A stretch of 64,000 nucleotides of DNA. Source: Candidatus Bathyarchaeia archaeon. Lineage in GTDB: Archaea; Thermoproteota; Bathyarchaeia; Bathyarchaeales; Bathycorpusculaceae. The notes under the pieces were generated by a model. It saw only the letters and a list, made by a program, of their open reading frames with translations, was not told the origin of the DNA and ran no database searches. Shown here piece by piece: positions 52,698 through 62,558 of the stretch. A program made the position numbers and the translations under genes. The first letter of the stretch is position 1, and every line of letters begins with the position of its first letter. The stretch covers positions 328,392 to 392,391 of the forward strand of contig JBEKHN010000001.1 in the NCBI GenBank assembly GCA_050012255.1, in the 5' to 3' direction.

Positions 52698-52823
52698 ATT
52701 AGTATGACCCGCGAACTAGCAGAACGCAAGGAAAACTGGAGAAATCCTCTATAACAAAAAACCTTATACACTTATAAACTCCAAACATTGTCGATACGTA
52801 TTAAAAGAAAGGAGAAGGAAAGT

Positions 52824-53555
52824 ATGAATAAGAAAATCTTGCTCATAGCATTGCTTCTAGTCTTAGCTTCGCCAATGGTAGCTTTTGCAGCACAGGACCA
52901 GATCAGAGTCATTCCTGTAGGCAGTTCCGATACAGGAATGGCAAGAATCACAACAAGCTCCGCAAGCCTTGAGATCTTCGTGACGAGCAGCAACAAGAAC
53001 AAAACCAATGTCTGGTTATTCATTGCATTAGACGACGCTACCTACAACGGCCTGACAAGCATCACCCTATCAGGAACACAAGGCCCGGCAACTTTAACCA
53101 AGAGCAGCTTCACAAGCATCGCCCTCTCAGGCGGAGGAAAGGTTCCACTAACAAACGATGGCAACTACACTGGCGACGGACACACTTACCCAGGATGCGC
53201 TGACAACGCGCGCTGGACCGTTAGCGCGATTATTTCGCAGATGCAACAAGTCTACAGCGCAGCTAACTCCATACACTACGGCCTCGTGTACGGTTTTGAC
53301 AAGATCACAACAGTGCCACAGGCTTTCACCGTCACAGTCAACGCGCCACACATCAATGTTCTGGTACTTGCTCAAGGACTATCCGAAGGCGCAACCACTG
53401 CCAGCACAATAACAACGCTAACAGTGATTCCTCTCGACAGCAACAGCCCATTCAGCGGCAGCACGCTCGTGGTTCCAGAAGTTGGCACGATCCTTGCGGC
53501 CATAGCGTCCCTTGGCGCGTTCGGACTGTACATATCCAAGCGTCGGAAAAAGTGA
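52824..53555 (+). CDS. Secreted protein with VVPE-CTERM sorting signal
   Basis: Signal peptide; ends VVPEVGTILAAIASLGAFGLYISKRRKK. Confidence 0.85.
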   Translation: MNKKILLIALLLVLASPMVAFAAQDQIRVIPVGSSDTGMARITTSSASLEIFVTSSNKNKTNVWLFIALDDATYNGLTSITLSGTQGPATLTKSSFTSIALSGGGKVPLTNDGNYTGDGHTYPGCADNARWTVSAIISQMQQVYSAANSIHYGLVYGFDKITTVPQAFTVTVNAPHINVLVLAQGLSEGATTASTITTLTVIPLDSNSPFSGSTLVVPEVGTILAAIASLGAFGLYISKRRKK

Positions 53556-53602
53556 AGCACAGGCTACTATGCATTAAAGGGTAAATAAGACTGAAGCAGC
53601 TC

Positions 53603-53620
53603 GGCGCACGCAAGTGCGCC
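53603..53620. terminator. GC hairpin with GCAA tetraloop
   Basis: GGCGCAC-GCAA-GTGCGCC, ~50 bp after a stop codon; function unproven. Confidence 0.35.
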
Positions 53621-53682
53621 AAACGAGCCTATTTCTCAATAGCTTATATTGAACTTTTGGTGAAGATATACTTCTGGGGAAA

Positions 53683-54321
53683 GTGCTATTGGTACAAGAA
53701 TCTGCACAGCAGAGATTGGTAGAAGCAATCCTCCAAATTACCAAAGAAAAAAAACCAGCAACCGTAAACCAACTCGTCGAACAAGCACAGACGCAGATCC
53801 CTTCTGCCTCTCAGAAGGGGATCCTTGAGACAGTAATCAGCCTCCATGAAGAAGGCAAGTCAAGAATCAACGCGCAACTGCTGCCTTACCCGAAAACGTC
53901 ATCTTATTTCAAAAGCAACAAAGCCCTTTGGTTTTGGATCACGCTTGCGGCAACCGCGGCAGCAATCATCAGCGCCTTCACGATACCCGAAGACGCTTAC
54001 CCTCTTGTTGTCATCCGCTACTTTTTCGGTGCGCTGCTAGTACTGTGGCTTCCGGGCTATGCATTCATCAAAGCACTATTCCCTTTAACTCTTCCCATCA
54101 AGGCCTCCGAAAAAACCCTTGACAATATAGAACGAGCAGCACTCAGCGCAGGCATGAGCCTCGCTCTCGTGCCAATCATTGGACTTCTCCTCAACTATAC
54201 GCCATGGGGAATACGCCTCACTCCAGTGACTCTAAGCTTAGCTGTACTAACGCTTGCATTCGCAGTTGCGGGTTTGGTGAGAGAAGAACGCGCTCAGAAA
54301 CCAGCGACAGACGTACACTGA
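53683..54321 (+). CDS. DUF1616-like protein (membrane half)
   Basis: LPGYA..ALFP..ER.ALS.GMSLA.VP..GL.LNYTPWGIRL.P. Confidence 0.8.
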   Translation: MLLVQESAQQRLVEAILQITKEKKPATVNQLVEQAQTQIPSASQKGILETVISLHEEGKSRINAQLLPYPKTSSYFKSNKALWFWITLAATAAAIISAFTIPEDAYPLVVIRYFFGALLVLWLPGYAFIKALFPLTLPIKASEKTLDNIERAALSAGMSLALVPIIGLLLNYTPWGIRLTPVTLSLAVLTLAFAVAGLVREERAQKPATDVH

Positions 54322-54510
54322 CAGTAGACACTGCACGCGCGCCTGAAATGGAGAAAACCACCAGATAAACCTATTTTTCGCGTCTGAAGGCAGCGCGACA
54401 CTAGCTTCTTTTTTCCATGCCTACCCCTGGACAGCGTGAGCGCTAAACCCAAATTGCGCGCTCTAAACGGTTGCTTGTCAGCTCTTGGCTTATTCCTTTG
54501 TTAGCTGAAG

Positions 54511-54525
54511 TAGAAGGAAGTTCTA
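54511..54525. promoter_or_regulatory. TAGAA-N5-TTCTA operator
   Basis: Perfect palindrome upstream of TTTATAAA ~54558. Confidence 0.6.
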
Positions 54526-54600
54526 TAGAAAACCTATAGTATAGTCATTCATATGTCTTTATAAAAGCGGTCAGTCCTCACCTTATTTGGTTGTGATAAA

Positions 54601-55227
54601 ATGCGGAAGCTAATTTCACTAAGCATAGTTGCCTTGGTTGTTCTAACACTCTCCATGACAATTTCAACCGTCAAAGCAGAAACAGCAGGATCCAGCCCAA
54701 CAACCCTGAATACGACAAACTTGCTTCTTGTTTCATGTGACAAGAACGGAAACAAGAAAGACGTTTTCCAACTAAATGAAAACGTATACGTCAAAGGCGG
54801 CTACTTCATCTTCGCACAGTCCAACGGATTGGTGGACATCTACGTTGTAGCGAATGGTGTAATACGGGGCGAACCCGTCCCAGCTAGTAGCATAGTATCC
54901 AGCGCGATAGCCGTACAGCTCAGCGGAAAATCATTGCCCGTAACGAAGATTTGGGATGCCCCTCTGAAGAAGGGAAAATACGACGTATGGGTTGACGTGA
55001 ACCGAAACGGCAAGCTGGACTCGAAAGATGCATACTTCTATCTTGGAATCGAAAGTTTCACAGAATCGTCTTATCAAGTTTCCTGCGGACCCATCATATG
55101 TGACACGTCTCTCTTCACGGTCGTACCCGAAAGCTACATGGGTGTCGCAGGCACAATTGCGGCAATGATAGGCGCACTGGCAATCTTCAGATTAAAGGCT
55201 CCTAACATCTCAAAGAAGCATATTTGA
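54601..55227 (+). CDS. Secreted protein with VVPE-CTERM sorting signal
   Basis: Signal peptide; GKYDVWVDVNRNG; ends VVPESYMGVAGTIAAMIGALAIFRLK. Confidence 0.85.
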   Translation: MRKLISLSIVALVVLTLSMTISTVKAETAGSSPTTLNTTNLLLVSCDKNGNKKDVFQLNENVYVKGGYFIFAQSNGLVDIYVVANGVIRGEPVPASSIVSSAIAVQLSGKSLPVTKIWDAPLKKGKYDVWVDVNRNGKLDSKDAYFYLGIESFTESSYQVSCGPIICDTSLFTVVPESYMGVAGTIAAMIGALAIFRLKAPNISKKHI

Positions 55228-55470
55228 CGGAAAAAGATCGAGCAGACTTGCGAAGCTAAGTCCACACCATTACTGTTCTTTTGGAGAATTCTTCAGTACG
55301 TGCTGTTGCCTGGTATAGCACGCGAAGCTTAACTGCACTTACCCTAGTATTGGCAACGGTAGCGTTCATAAGAGAAAATCGGGCCCGAAGACCACAATCG
55401 ACCAAGAACCTACGGCAAATGCTGATTCCAAATTCATAAATTCCTTAACTAGGCCTCCACGTTCATCCTT

Positions 55471-55662
55471 TTGGAAGCAGTCGATAAATTGCCAAAACGA
55501 AAACTTGCCTTTGTGTTTCTGCCTGCCATCTTATTCCTATGGATAATCGGCTGGACTCTGTTTTGTGTCGGCAAGAAAACGATGAACAGACAGACCACGT
55601 CGCCGGACCTTCAAACCATAGCAAATCTGCCTGAGACAGAAGCGCGCCCGCTTGTACAATAG
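55471..55662 (+). CDS. Small single-TM protein
   Basis: FLPAILFLWIIGWTLF hydrophobic helix. Confidence 0.45.
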   Translation: MEAVDKLPKRKLAFVFLPAILFLWIIGWTLFCVGKKTMNRQTTSPDLQTIANLPETEARPLVQ

Positions 55663-55885
55663 TACCATCTGTGTCGCTAGAAAAGCATAGCGCACATCAA
55701 AACGGATCACGCAAAACGTGTCGCCCTTCTTTTTGCGCAGTCTAAAACCGCTCCGCGGAAGCACTGAGCCATCAGGCGTTACAAATCTATAGCAATCTTC
55801 TAGAGGAATTGATCAGAAATCCTTTTGCGAATCTTGAACACTTATTTCTAATGTATCAAATCATTTGGTCGCAAGGAGACTTGAC

Positions 55886-56140
55886 ATGTCAAGAAAACGG
55901 TGGCTAGTGCTTCTATCCGTATTGTTTTTGACGATACTTCTAGCTTTTTTCATACTCTCCAGCCACCGGGGACCTTCGAGCCCTGTGAACGCAAGCCCCA
56001 GTCCGGAAACCCCTCAAGGGAACAATAACCAAAAACCTCCACAGTTTGTTGTTCCAGAAACTCCCTTAGGAGTAGTAAGCACCATGATGGCTCTTGCCGC
56101 AGGCTTCGCATTTTTCACAATCACCAAGAAAAGGAAATAG
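55886..56140 (+). CDS. Minimal VVPE-CTERM protein
   Basis: TM + Pro/Ser/Asn linker + VVPETPLG..TM..KKRK; AGGAG RBS. Confidence 0.8.
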   Translation: MSRKRWLVLLSVLFLTILLAFFILSSHRGPSSPVNASPSPETPQGNNNQKPPQFVVPETPLGVVSTMMALAAGFAFFTITKKRK

Positions 56141-56223
56141 CACTTAAACCAGTTAAACATGCGCGTGCAGACTCTTCTATATCGGAAAACGAAAGTAGCA
56201 TTCTGAATGCCCGCCAGCTTGAA

Positions 56224-56238
56224 TAGAACTTTGTTCTA
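56224..56238. promoter_or_regulatory. TAGAA-N5-TTCTA operator
   Basis: Perfect palindrome upstream of 56452. Confidence 0.55.
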
Positions 56239-56451
56239 TGACTTGATAGAGGAAAACTTAATCTGCCACAGACCGTCGGATTCTACATCGAGCGTGCGAA
56301 ATCGATGGGAAACAAGTTGAGGAAGGTCGTTTCTCTCATGATGGTATGAGCGATTCTTCTTTCAACGTATCAAACTTCAAAGATGAAAATGCGCGAACTC
56401 TGGCAAAGCAGATGGAATGGGCTAGCCAAATAGGATCAGGAGATCTGAAAG

Positions 56452-57579
56452 ATGGCACTCAATACAAAGACTAAGAGAAGTCTCGCAGTAGGTTTCGCGA
56501 TCTTGGCGTTTTCATCGATTCTGGTTAATCTTGTTGCGACTCGCGCGGCCCCTTCCGGCGGAGTGAACTTGCCCTCAACGATAGTGAGAATTGAAGTCAT
56601 CAATGGTACGGCGACCTACTTCAACATAACGTTGAGCGAGGTTCCCATGGGCTACGACGTAGCGAACGGGACATACCCTGGATGGTGTGTGGACCAAACA
56701 GCAATTATGGCACGAAGCCCTGTGACTCATGAAGTGAGATTATACTCCAGCCTCAACCCTCCGGGTACGTTGGCAACTCAGAGATGGGACATGGTTAACT
56801 ACATCCTAAACCACAAGCAAGGAACTCTCGATGACATCCAACAAGCAATATGGAACTTCGTGAACGGCATCGGTAACTACACTCCCTCAAGCACGGTGGC
56901 CAAGGCTATCGTGAACGACGCCCTCGCGAACGGCAACGGCTTCATTCCCGAAAGCAATCAAACGATAGCGGTCATCTGTCTCCCAGTTGTATTGTCTCCC
57001 GACGTTCAAGTCAGCATTATCGAAGCGGTCGCGCTGACTTCATCAGTACATGCAGCGACAGTGATTATTGAACCAGAACGCGTCGCTGTGCATGACCCAG
57101 ATACGTTGAACCTGAAGGGCAGAGGCACCTGGGTCAATTGCTCTATTACCCTTCCTGAAGGCTACAACGCAAGTGACATTGACGCTTCGACCTTACTGTT
57201 GAATGGCACCGTCACAGCGGACTTGGGGTCCGTAAGCGTTCAGGATTCTCAATTGATGGCGAAGTTTAACAGAACATTAGTTTCCCGCCTAATACTATCA
57301 AAAGGTATCATGTTCGGCAACGTAACATTGACTGTGACCGCTCAACTTTACAACGGAACAATATTCGAAGGCAACGACACTATCGGAGTTGAGATGCCTG
57401 GAGACGTAACCATGGACGGCAAGGTTGACATCTACGACGCCATAGCCGCGGCCACCGCATTCGGCTCTTACCCCGGACACCCAGAGTGGAACAGCGCAGC
57501 TGATGAAAACGATGACGGCACAGTCAACATATTTGACGTCATCATCATAGCAGGTAACTTCGGAAAAACATACGCGTAA
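56452..57579 (+). CDS. Secreted protein with C-terminal dockerin
   Basis: Signal peptide; GWCVD..IQQAIW; GDVTMDGKVDIYD..ADENDDGTVNIFD. Confidence 0.88.
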   Translation: MALNTKTKRSLAVGFAILAFSSILVNLVATRAAPSGGVNLPSTIVRIEVINGTATYFNITLSEVPMGYDVANGTYPGWCVDQTAIMARSPVTHEVRLYSSLNPPGTLATQRWDMVNYILNHKQGTLDDIQQAIWNFVNGIGNYTPSSTVAKAIVNDALANGNGFIPESNQTIAVICLPVVLSPDVQVSIIEAVALTSSVHAATVIIEPERVAVHDPDTLNLKGRGTWVNCSITLPEGYNASDIDASTLLLNGTVTADLGSVSVQDSQLMAKFNRTLVSRLILSKGIMFGNVTLTVTAQLYNGTIFEGNDTIGVEMPGDVTMDGKVDIYDAIAAATAFGSYPGHPEWNSAADENDDGTVNIFDVIIIAGNFGKTYA

Positions 57580-57660
57580 CTCCTTTCTCTTTTATTATCG
57601 AACTCGCCACAAGGACGGGCTGCACAACAAATTATATGCTTCAAACGCTTCGCGCGCGCT

Positions 57661-57915
57661 GACGTGGCTGTCACCGACTTTACCCCGGATTCTGACCGGG
57701 TCTACTAGGGCAAGCTCTGTAATCCTGGCGTGAACGTCCTAGGAGAAACGCCCGAGAATTTCACCGTCACCCCCCCTACACGCTTTCAACGACACTGCAA
57801 TCCCTTCTAACAGTACGATTGGAACTCAGTCAGTAACGGACCTGTCTCTGAACGAGATCCTTGTCCTCAGGTTTGTTTGGAACACTCTGGGAGTGATGCC
57901 ATGCCACTGGTACAA
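57661..57915 (+). pseudogene. Isolated, degraded CARDB/Ig-like domain
   Basis: DVAVTD..VY*G..ENFTVT/..IGTQSVTDL..LRFVWNT.GV.PC; flanked by CGCGCGCGC at 57651 and 57916. Confidence 0.7.
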
Positions 57916-58181
57916 CGCGCGCGCAAGGTTTCGCCCAAAAGCCTTGAGTTGTCCGACAGGCTATACAATTGACGTTTTCCTTTGTCTGTTTGCTCAGCTT
58001 AGAGACAAGTGCTTGGGTGAGCTGTGTCATTTTGACGTGGTGCATTTTTGCGAAGGGCCTCTTAGCTTCTGGATTATGTCGGCAATCACTACAAACATTT
58101 TCCATGTTCTTCTTTCTCCTTTCGATTACAAATACGGTATTGTAAGCTAAAGGCGCGCGCTAGACCAAAAAAAGAGGGATG

Positions 58182-60470
58182 TCAGCGTACGACTAGCGTG
58201 ATGTCAGTGGTGCATGGCATATTGCTTGATGAGCCAGCGTAGCTCATTCTGTACACGTACGTGCCAATTGATAGAGCTGTGAAACTCTTTGAGAATATTC
58301 CGTACGTGTTTGTAGATACCGTTCCGAGTTGGGTCCAGTTGAGCCCGTAGTCGCTGCTGTATTGGAGACTTATCGTCGCAGATCCTATTCGATTGCTGAA
58401 CTGGTCAACCAAAATGCCTTTGAGCGTAACAGTGGCTCCCGGAGGTGCGAGGTTCGGAAAGAATCTAGCGTATATCTCTGTTGGAGTTTTGACCATTAGT
58501 ATCTTCCAAGAGGAGCATGGCAAGTACTGGGGAGAGCCTGTATACTCAGCTGTAACGTTAAACTGGCCTCCAGATCCAACCTGGCCGGAAGCCTTGAACC
58601 AGCCCGTGGCATTTGTTGTAAGCGTTCCGACTGAGGCGCCGTTCAGTTTGAGTCTAATAGTTGCACCTCCAATGGGCAAATTCTCTATCGTCGACAGGTT
58701 TCCAATTAGAGTGACAGTTTGTCCGACTGAAGCAGGATTGGGGATAAGGTTGAAAGACATTTGTGTCTGGAAGTTTGCGCCCAGTACAGTGGCGCTGCCA
58801 TTGACAACGGTGATTGGCATTGAAATCGCATTCATATCACAGCAGACCACCTTTGTCAGGGTGAGCGCTGTCTGGCCCGCGGCGATGCTCGTGAAGTTGA
58901 TTGTCGCCCAAGTTCCATTGGCAGATATGAAGGCATAACCGCCTTGGATAGCTCTCTGGAGGTCCATCCAAGTAACTGCGTAGTCCGCATGACCTCCTGT
59001 ATTATTTTTACTAAGCTTTAAGGTCCAGATGTTGTCCCATTCTAACTCGGGTGCAGCCTTGTGAAACGCTACCTCTTGTATCCATGAACAATTCAGGATA
59101 GAAGAATTCCAATTCAGTGTGAATTGACAGCCAGCTGCTCCACTGGAGCCCTCAGGCAGGTTCTCAAACGTAACGTTCACGGAGAACGTCTGCCCAACCC
59201 CAACGATGGTGTTCTCAGGTTTCACACGCATGTATGATACTGGCGGAGTCGTGCCCGTGAGCGCTTTGTAAGCATTGATTCTGCCATAGCCATAGTAGAT
59301 GTCTTTGCCTAGTGTGCCGAGGTCGTCAACACCTGCATCCAGACAGGTTCTAAGCTGGCTGTTTGTTAAGGACGTGTTGTGACCCCAAACCAAGGCCGCT
59401 AGACCTGCCACATGTGGACAAGCCATAGAAGTGCCCGACATGTAGTCGTAATTCATGCTCTCGTAGTATGGTGGATCGTTCATAGTCACGTGGTAAGTCG
59501 GCATTGTTGAAAGGACACCGACTCCTGGCGCCGCAAGCTCTATCTTATTGCCATAGTTGCTGAAGGAAGCCTTCACGTCACTGCTGTCTGATGCCGATAC
59601 GGCTATTACCATGCTTAGACTTGCTGGGTAGAATGGTGTCGTGTCAATGCTCATATTGTTATTTCCCGCCGCTGCCACAAGCAAGTCGCCATTGTTCCAT
59701 GCATAAGTGCATGCGCTGTCTATCAAGCTTGAGTAATCGGTTCCGCCCAGACTCATGCTTATCACCTTGGCGCCGTTGTCAGTGGCATGCGTTATTCCAG
59801 ATGCGATGTTACTCCATGAACCATAACCAGTGTTATCCACCACTTTCTCTGCCAAGAAACTGCTCTGGCCTACCCCGGCTACACCGATGCCGTTGTTGAT
59901 CACGGCCGCGACGATACCTGCACAGTGGGTCCCATGGCCGAAGTCATCCCTAGGATCGGGGTCATTGTTAACCCAGTCATAACCACCAGCTTTGTAGTGA
60001 GCGGCTAGGTCTGGGTGATTGTAGTCAATCCCCGTGTCTACGATTGCGACCACAACGCTAGTTGAACCCTTATAGGTGTCCCAAGCTTGATCAGCCTTGA
60101 TTCTAGGCATGTTCCACTGGTAACTCCAATATGGGTCGTTGGGCGTATAGACTGCTTTATACATCCCGTTTCGCTCAGCATACCTGAAACCTGAAATGCT
60201 CTTTGCATTTTGGATGAACTCCTCCTCTTTGCCAACTGCCACTTGAACAACCATCGCATTCAAATCGGCAATCTGTTTCACAACGGTACCGCCCATACTC
60301 TCAACAGCTTGAATGCTGCTGACTGAAACGGCTTGAAGACCCACAATCACTTCGCCCGGAACGAAAGTCTGTAGCTCCGCGCCTTTGGCAATTCTAAGAT
60401 TTTGAGGCAACGCTGCGAATAGCATCGCAATAATTGTGAATACGCATAGCACAATTCTTTGCTTTTTCAT
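58182..60470 (-). CDS. S8 subtilisin-like protease with cohesin-like and Ig-like domains
   Basis: VDTG, HGTHCAG, GTSMACPHV; VGQTFSVNV..QFTLNWN..L cohesin-like. Confidence 0.93.
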   Translation of the reverse strand: MKKQRIVLCVFTIIAMLFAALPQNLRIAKGAELQTFVPGEVIVGLQAVSVSSIQAVESMGGTVVKQIADLNAMVVQVAVGKEEEFIQNAKSISGFRYAERNGMYKAVYTPNDPYWSYQWNMPRIKADQAWDTYKGSTSVVVAIVDTGIDYNHPDLAAHYKAGGYDWVNNDPDPRDDFGHGTHCAGIVAAVINNGIGVAGVGQSSFLAEKVVDNTGYGSWSNIASGITHATDNGAKVISMSLGGTDYSSLIDSACTYAWNNGDLLVAAAGNNNMSIDTTPFYPASLSMVIAVSASDSSDVKASFSNYGNKIELAAPGVGVLSTMPTYHVTMNDPPYYESMNYDYMSGTSMACPHVAGLAALVWGHNTSLTNSQLRTCLDAGVDDLGTLGKDIYYGYGRINAYKALTGTTPPVSYMRVKPENTIVGVGQTFSVNVTFENLPEGSSGAAGCQFTLNWNSSILNCSWIQEVAFHKAAPELEWDNIWTLKLSKNNTGGHADYAVTWMDLQRAIQGGYAFISANGTWATINFTSIAAGQTALTLTKVVCCDMNAISMPITVVNGSATVLGANFQTQMSFNLIPNPASVGQTVTLIGNLSTIENLPIGGATIRLKLNGASVGTLTTNATGWFKASGQVGSGGQFNVTAEYTGSPQYLPCSSWKILMVKTPTEIYARFFPNLAPPGATVTLKGILVDQFSNRIGSATISLQYSSDYGLNWTQLGTVSTNTYGIFSKSFTALSIGTYVYRMSYAGSSSNMPCTTDITLVVR

Positions 60471-60544
60471 AGATTGATTTCTCCTTTTCTGAGTGAATTC
60501 TGGTTTGTGTGATAGTTGTATTTTAAACTTCTAAAACTTACTTA

Positions 60545-60559
60545 TAGAAGTAGATTCTA
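60545..60559. promoter_or_regulatory. TAGAA-N5-TTCTA operator upstream of the S8 gene
   Basis: TATAGAA-GTAGA-TTCTATA. Confidence 0.6.
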
Positions 60560-60729
60560 TATCTTTCATGATTGTGAGCAGAGTAATGCTAGATTAGTTT
60601 TTTAACAGAAGAGTCTTGTGTCATCAGTTGATCAAACTCTTATGAGCGCGCGCGCGACATCAATGCAGACTTCGCCCGCGCTTTGAGTAGTGGGGTCGCT
60701 TAGGTCAATGCCCACGTTTGAACCTCCAT

Positions 60730-61044
60730 GCGCGCGTTCGCGCGCTTACGACCTCGAAGATGAGGCCGGTGACGATGTAATCGTGTATCTCTTGTTCCCT
60801 GTTTGAGGCTCTGAGGGTTGCGATGTACTTTGTCATGGCGCTGTTTATGCCCCAGTCCCTGAACAGGTTGATCAGCGTTGCGAGGACGATCGCGATTCCG
60901 TAAAGCCCGTACTCGTCGGTCGTCAGAAGCCTGCCCAAGATTATGGATCCTACCGCCAAGATTACCGTAGACACTACCACGCCCTATGAGCAGCTGGAAG
61001 CTTCCAGTAGCTGAAGTCTTACCCATCTCCAACGCTTTTTCCAT
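60730..61044 (-). pseudogene. Truncated, frameshifted flippase (paralog of 26750-28315)
   Basis: MEKALEMGKTSATGSFQLLIG / VVSTVILAVGSIILGRLL..EYGLY..DWGINSAMTKY; cut at GCGCGCG..CGCGCGC 60730-60745. Confidence 0.88.
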
Positions 61045-61308
61045 GTTTTTCACCTGCTCTTGTCTGTTTGTGTTTTTTGATTCTCGGCTGTTGTTGCAAG
61101 GGCGATGCTCGGTATCTGGGGGTTGTCTCGGCTTCGGTGTGGAGCTGCGCATTTGGCAGTGGGGTTTGTTGCGGCCGATTCTGTGTAGCGCATTCCTGGT
61201 TGACGATAAAAAGTCATTATTGTGTTTTTAAGGTTTTTCTGCCTGGTTGTTTCGAAACATGTGGGAATATTTATATGAGTGGGTCTATTATTATGTCGTG
61301 GGAACAAG

Positions 61309-61560
61309 ATGAGCGATACCACTGTCAAAGTCGACGAGAAAGGCAGAATAATCATTCCAAAGAACATCAGAGAAGCCGCCGAGCTTAAAGAAGGAAGTTA
61401 CGTTACCATCAAATCCAAGGGAAAAATCATCATAATGGAACGCCTAGAGCCTGTTGCTGACAAATACTACGGCGCCTTCAAAGTGACCGAGTGGCCGGAA
61501 AACATGGATGAATTCATGGTTGAGGTCATAAAGAAATGGTGGACAGGTCAGGTTACGTAG
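61309..61560 (+). CDS. vapB: AbrB/MazE-type antitoxin
   Basis: VKVDEKGRIIIPKNIRE; overlaps the PIN gene. Confidence 0.88.
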   Translation: MSDTTVKVDEKGRIIIPKNIREAAELKEGSYVTIKSKGKIIIMERLEPVADKYYGAFKVTEWPENMDEFMVEVIKKWWTGQVT

Positions 61561-61958
61561 ACATCAACATATTCGTGTACTGGCTTGGCAGACACCCAAA
61601 ATTCGGCGAAACAGCGTACAAATGGATTAAAAAGATTGAAAACTCCCCACGCGGAGAATACGTCACGTCCAGCCTCACACTCTACGAAACACTGGTGATC
61701 ATAGCTGGCCTAACAGGCAAGAGCTTGAAGGACAAGGCTTTCATAGAAGAAATTGTCAACTGCATGACACACATCAAAGGCTTAATGATTGAACCGCTCA
61801 GACATGAAGACTTCACCAGAGGAGTGGACCTGATGAAGGAATACAACCTCGACTACGAGGACGCTATCCATTTAGCTGTAGCAATAAGAACAGGCGCAAA
61901 AGAAATATTGTCAAACGACAAAGATTTTGACTTAGGCCCAATAAAAAGAAACATGTAG
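61536..61958 (+). CDS. vapC: PIN-domain toxin
   Basis: YVDINIF, E, DAIHLA, SNDKDF. Confidence 0.92.
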   Translation: MVDRSGYVDINIFVYWLGRHPKFGETAYKWIKKIENSPRGEYVTSSLTLYETLVIIAGLTGKSLKDKAFIEEIVNCMTHIKGLMIEPLRHEDFTRGVDLMKEYNLDYEDAIHLAVAIRTGAKEILSNDKDFDLGPIKRNM

Positions 61959-62162
61959 AATCCGTCCAAAAAAATCCATGCACCATTAAACCTGGCGAAG
62001 CACAAGGACTCGATCGATCAGTTCGGTGGACTGGAACAAAGGCTGTGTGTCCGCCTGCTTCGTCTTCGAAAATTACTACGTCAAACTCGTACGTTGCATG
62101 ATCCTTAGCGTGGAAACTAGCGCGAGGGCATGGGAAAATTTAGAGGAACTTTTGGGGAGAGA

Positions 62163-62558
62163 TTAGGTTAAGCTGTGAAGTTTCAATGTTTTTATGTGCG
62201 GTTTTGCCTTTTCCGTTAATTCGTTGTCTTCGGTAATTAGGGGTGTTTTCTTGTTTTTGGCGTGGTATATGTATGATGCGTCATAGAAGGTTATTTTTAG
62301 ATTGTCTGCTATGCTTAATGTTTCTTCTTCGTGGCAGTTTATGGTTAGGGTTTCCATTAGGTTAAGCACGTTCTTTATGAGTTTGACAAGTTTTCCCGTT
62401 TCTTCGCGGTTTATCCGCTTGTGAAGCGTGTGTTCTTTCCATAGGATGTTTCCTAACTCGTATCTTGTTAGGTCTAGTGTTGAGTTACTAGCTAGGACTT
62501 CGACTGCGTTTTCTTTTATTGCCTTGAATATTGTTGAGGAATCAAAGATGTAGCTCAT
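62163..62558 (-). CDS. vapC: PIN-domain toxin
   Basis: IFDSS, YELGN, TFYDASY, LITED. Confidence 0.92.
   Translation of the reverse strand: MSYIFDSSTIFKAIKENAVEVLASNSTLDLTRYELGNILWKEHTLHKRINREETGKLVKLIKNVLNLMETLTINCHEEETLSIADNLKITFYDASYIYHAKNKKTPLITEDNELTEKAKPHIKTLKLHSLT

Noticed and set aside
57830-58105. Multiheme cytochrome fragment (CSDCRH, CIACRTTQGF)
   Set aside because: No true CxxCH motif; may be a small gene cut at the 57916 motif, but I cannot identify it.
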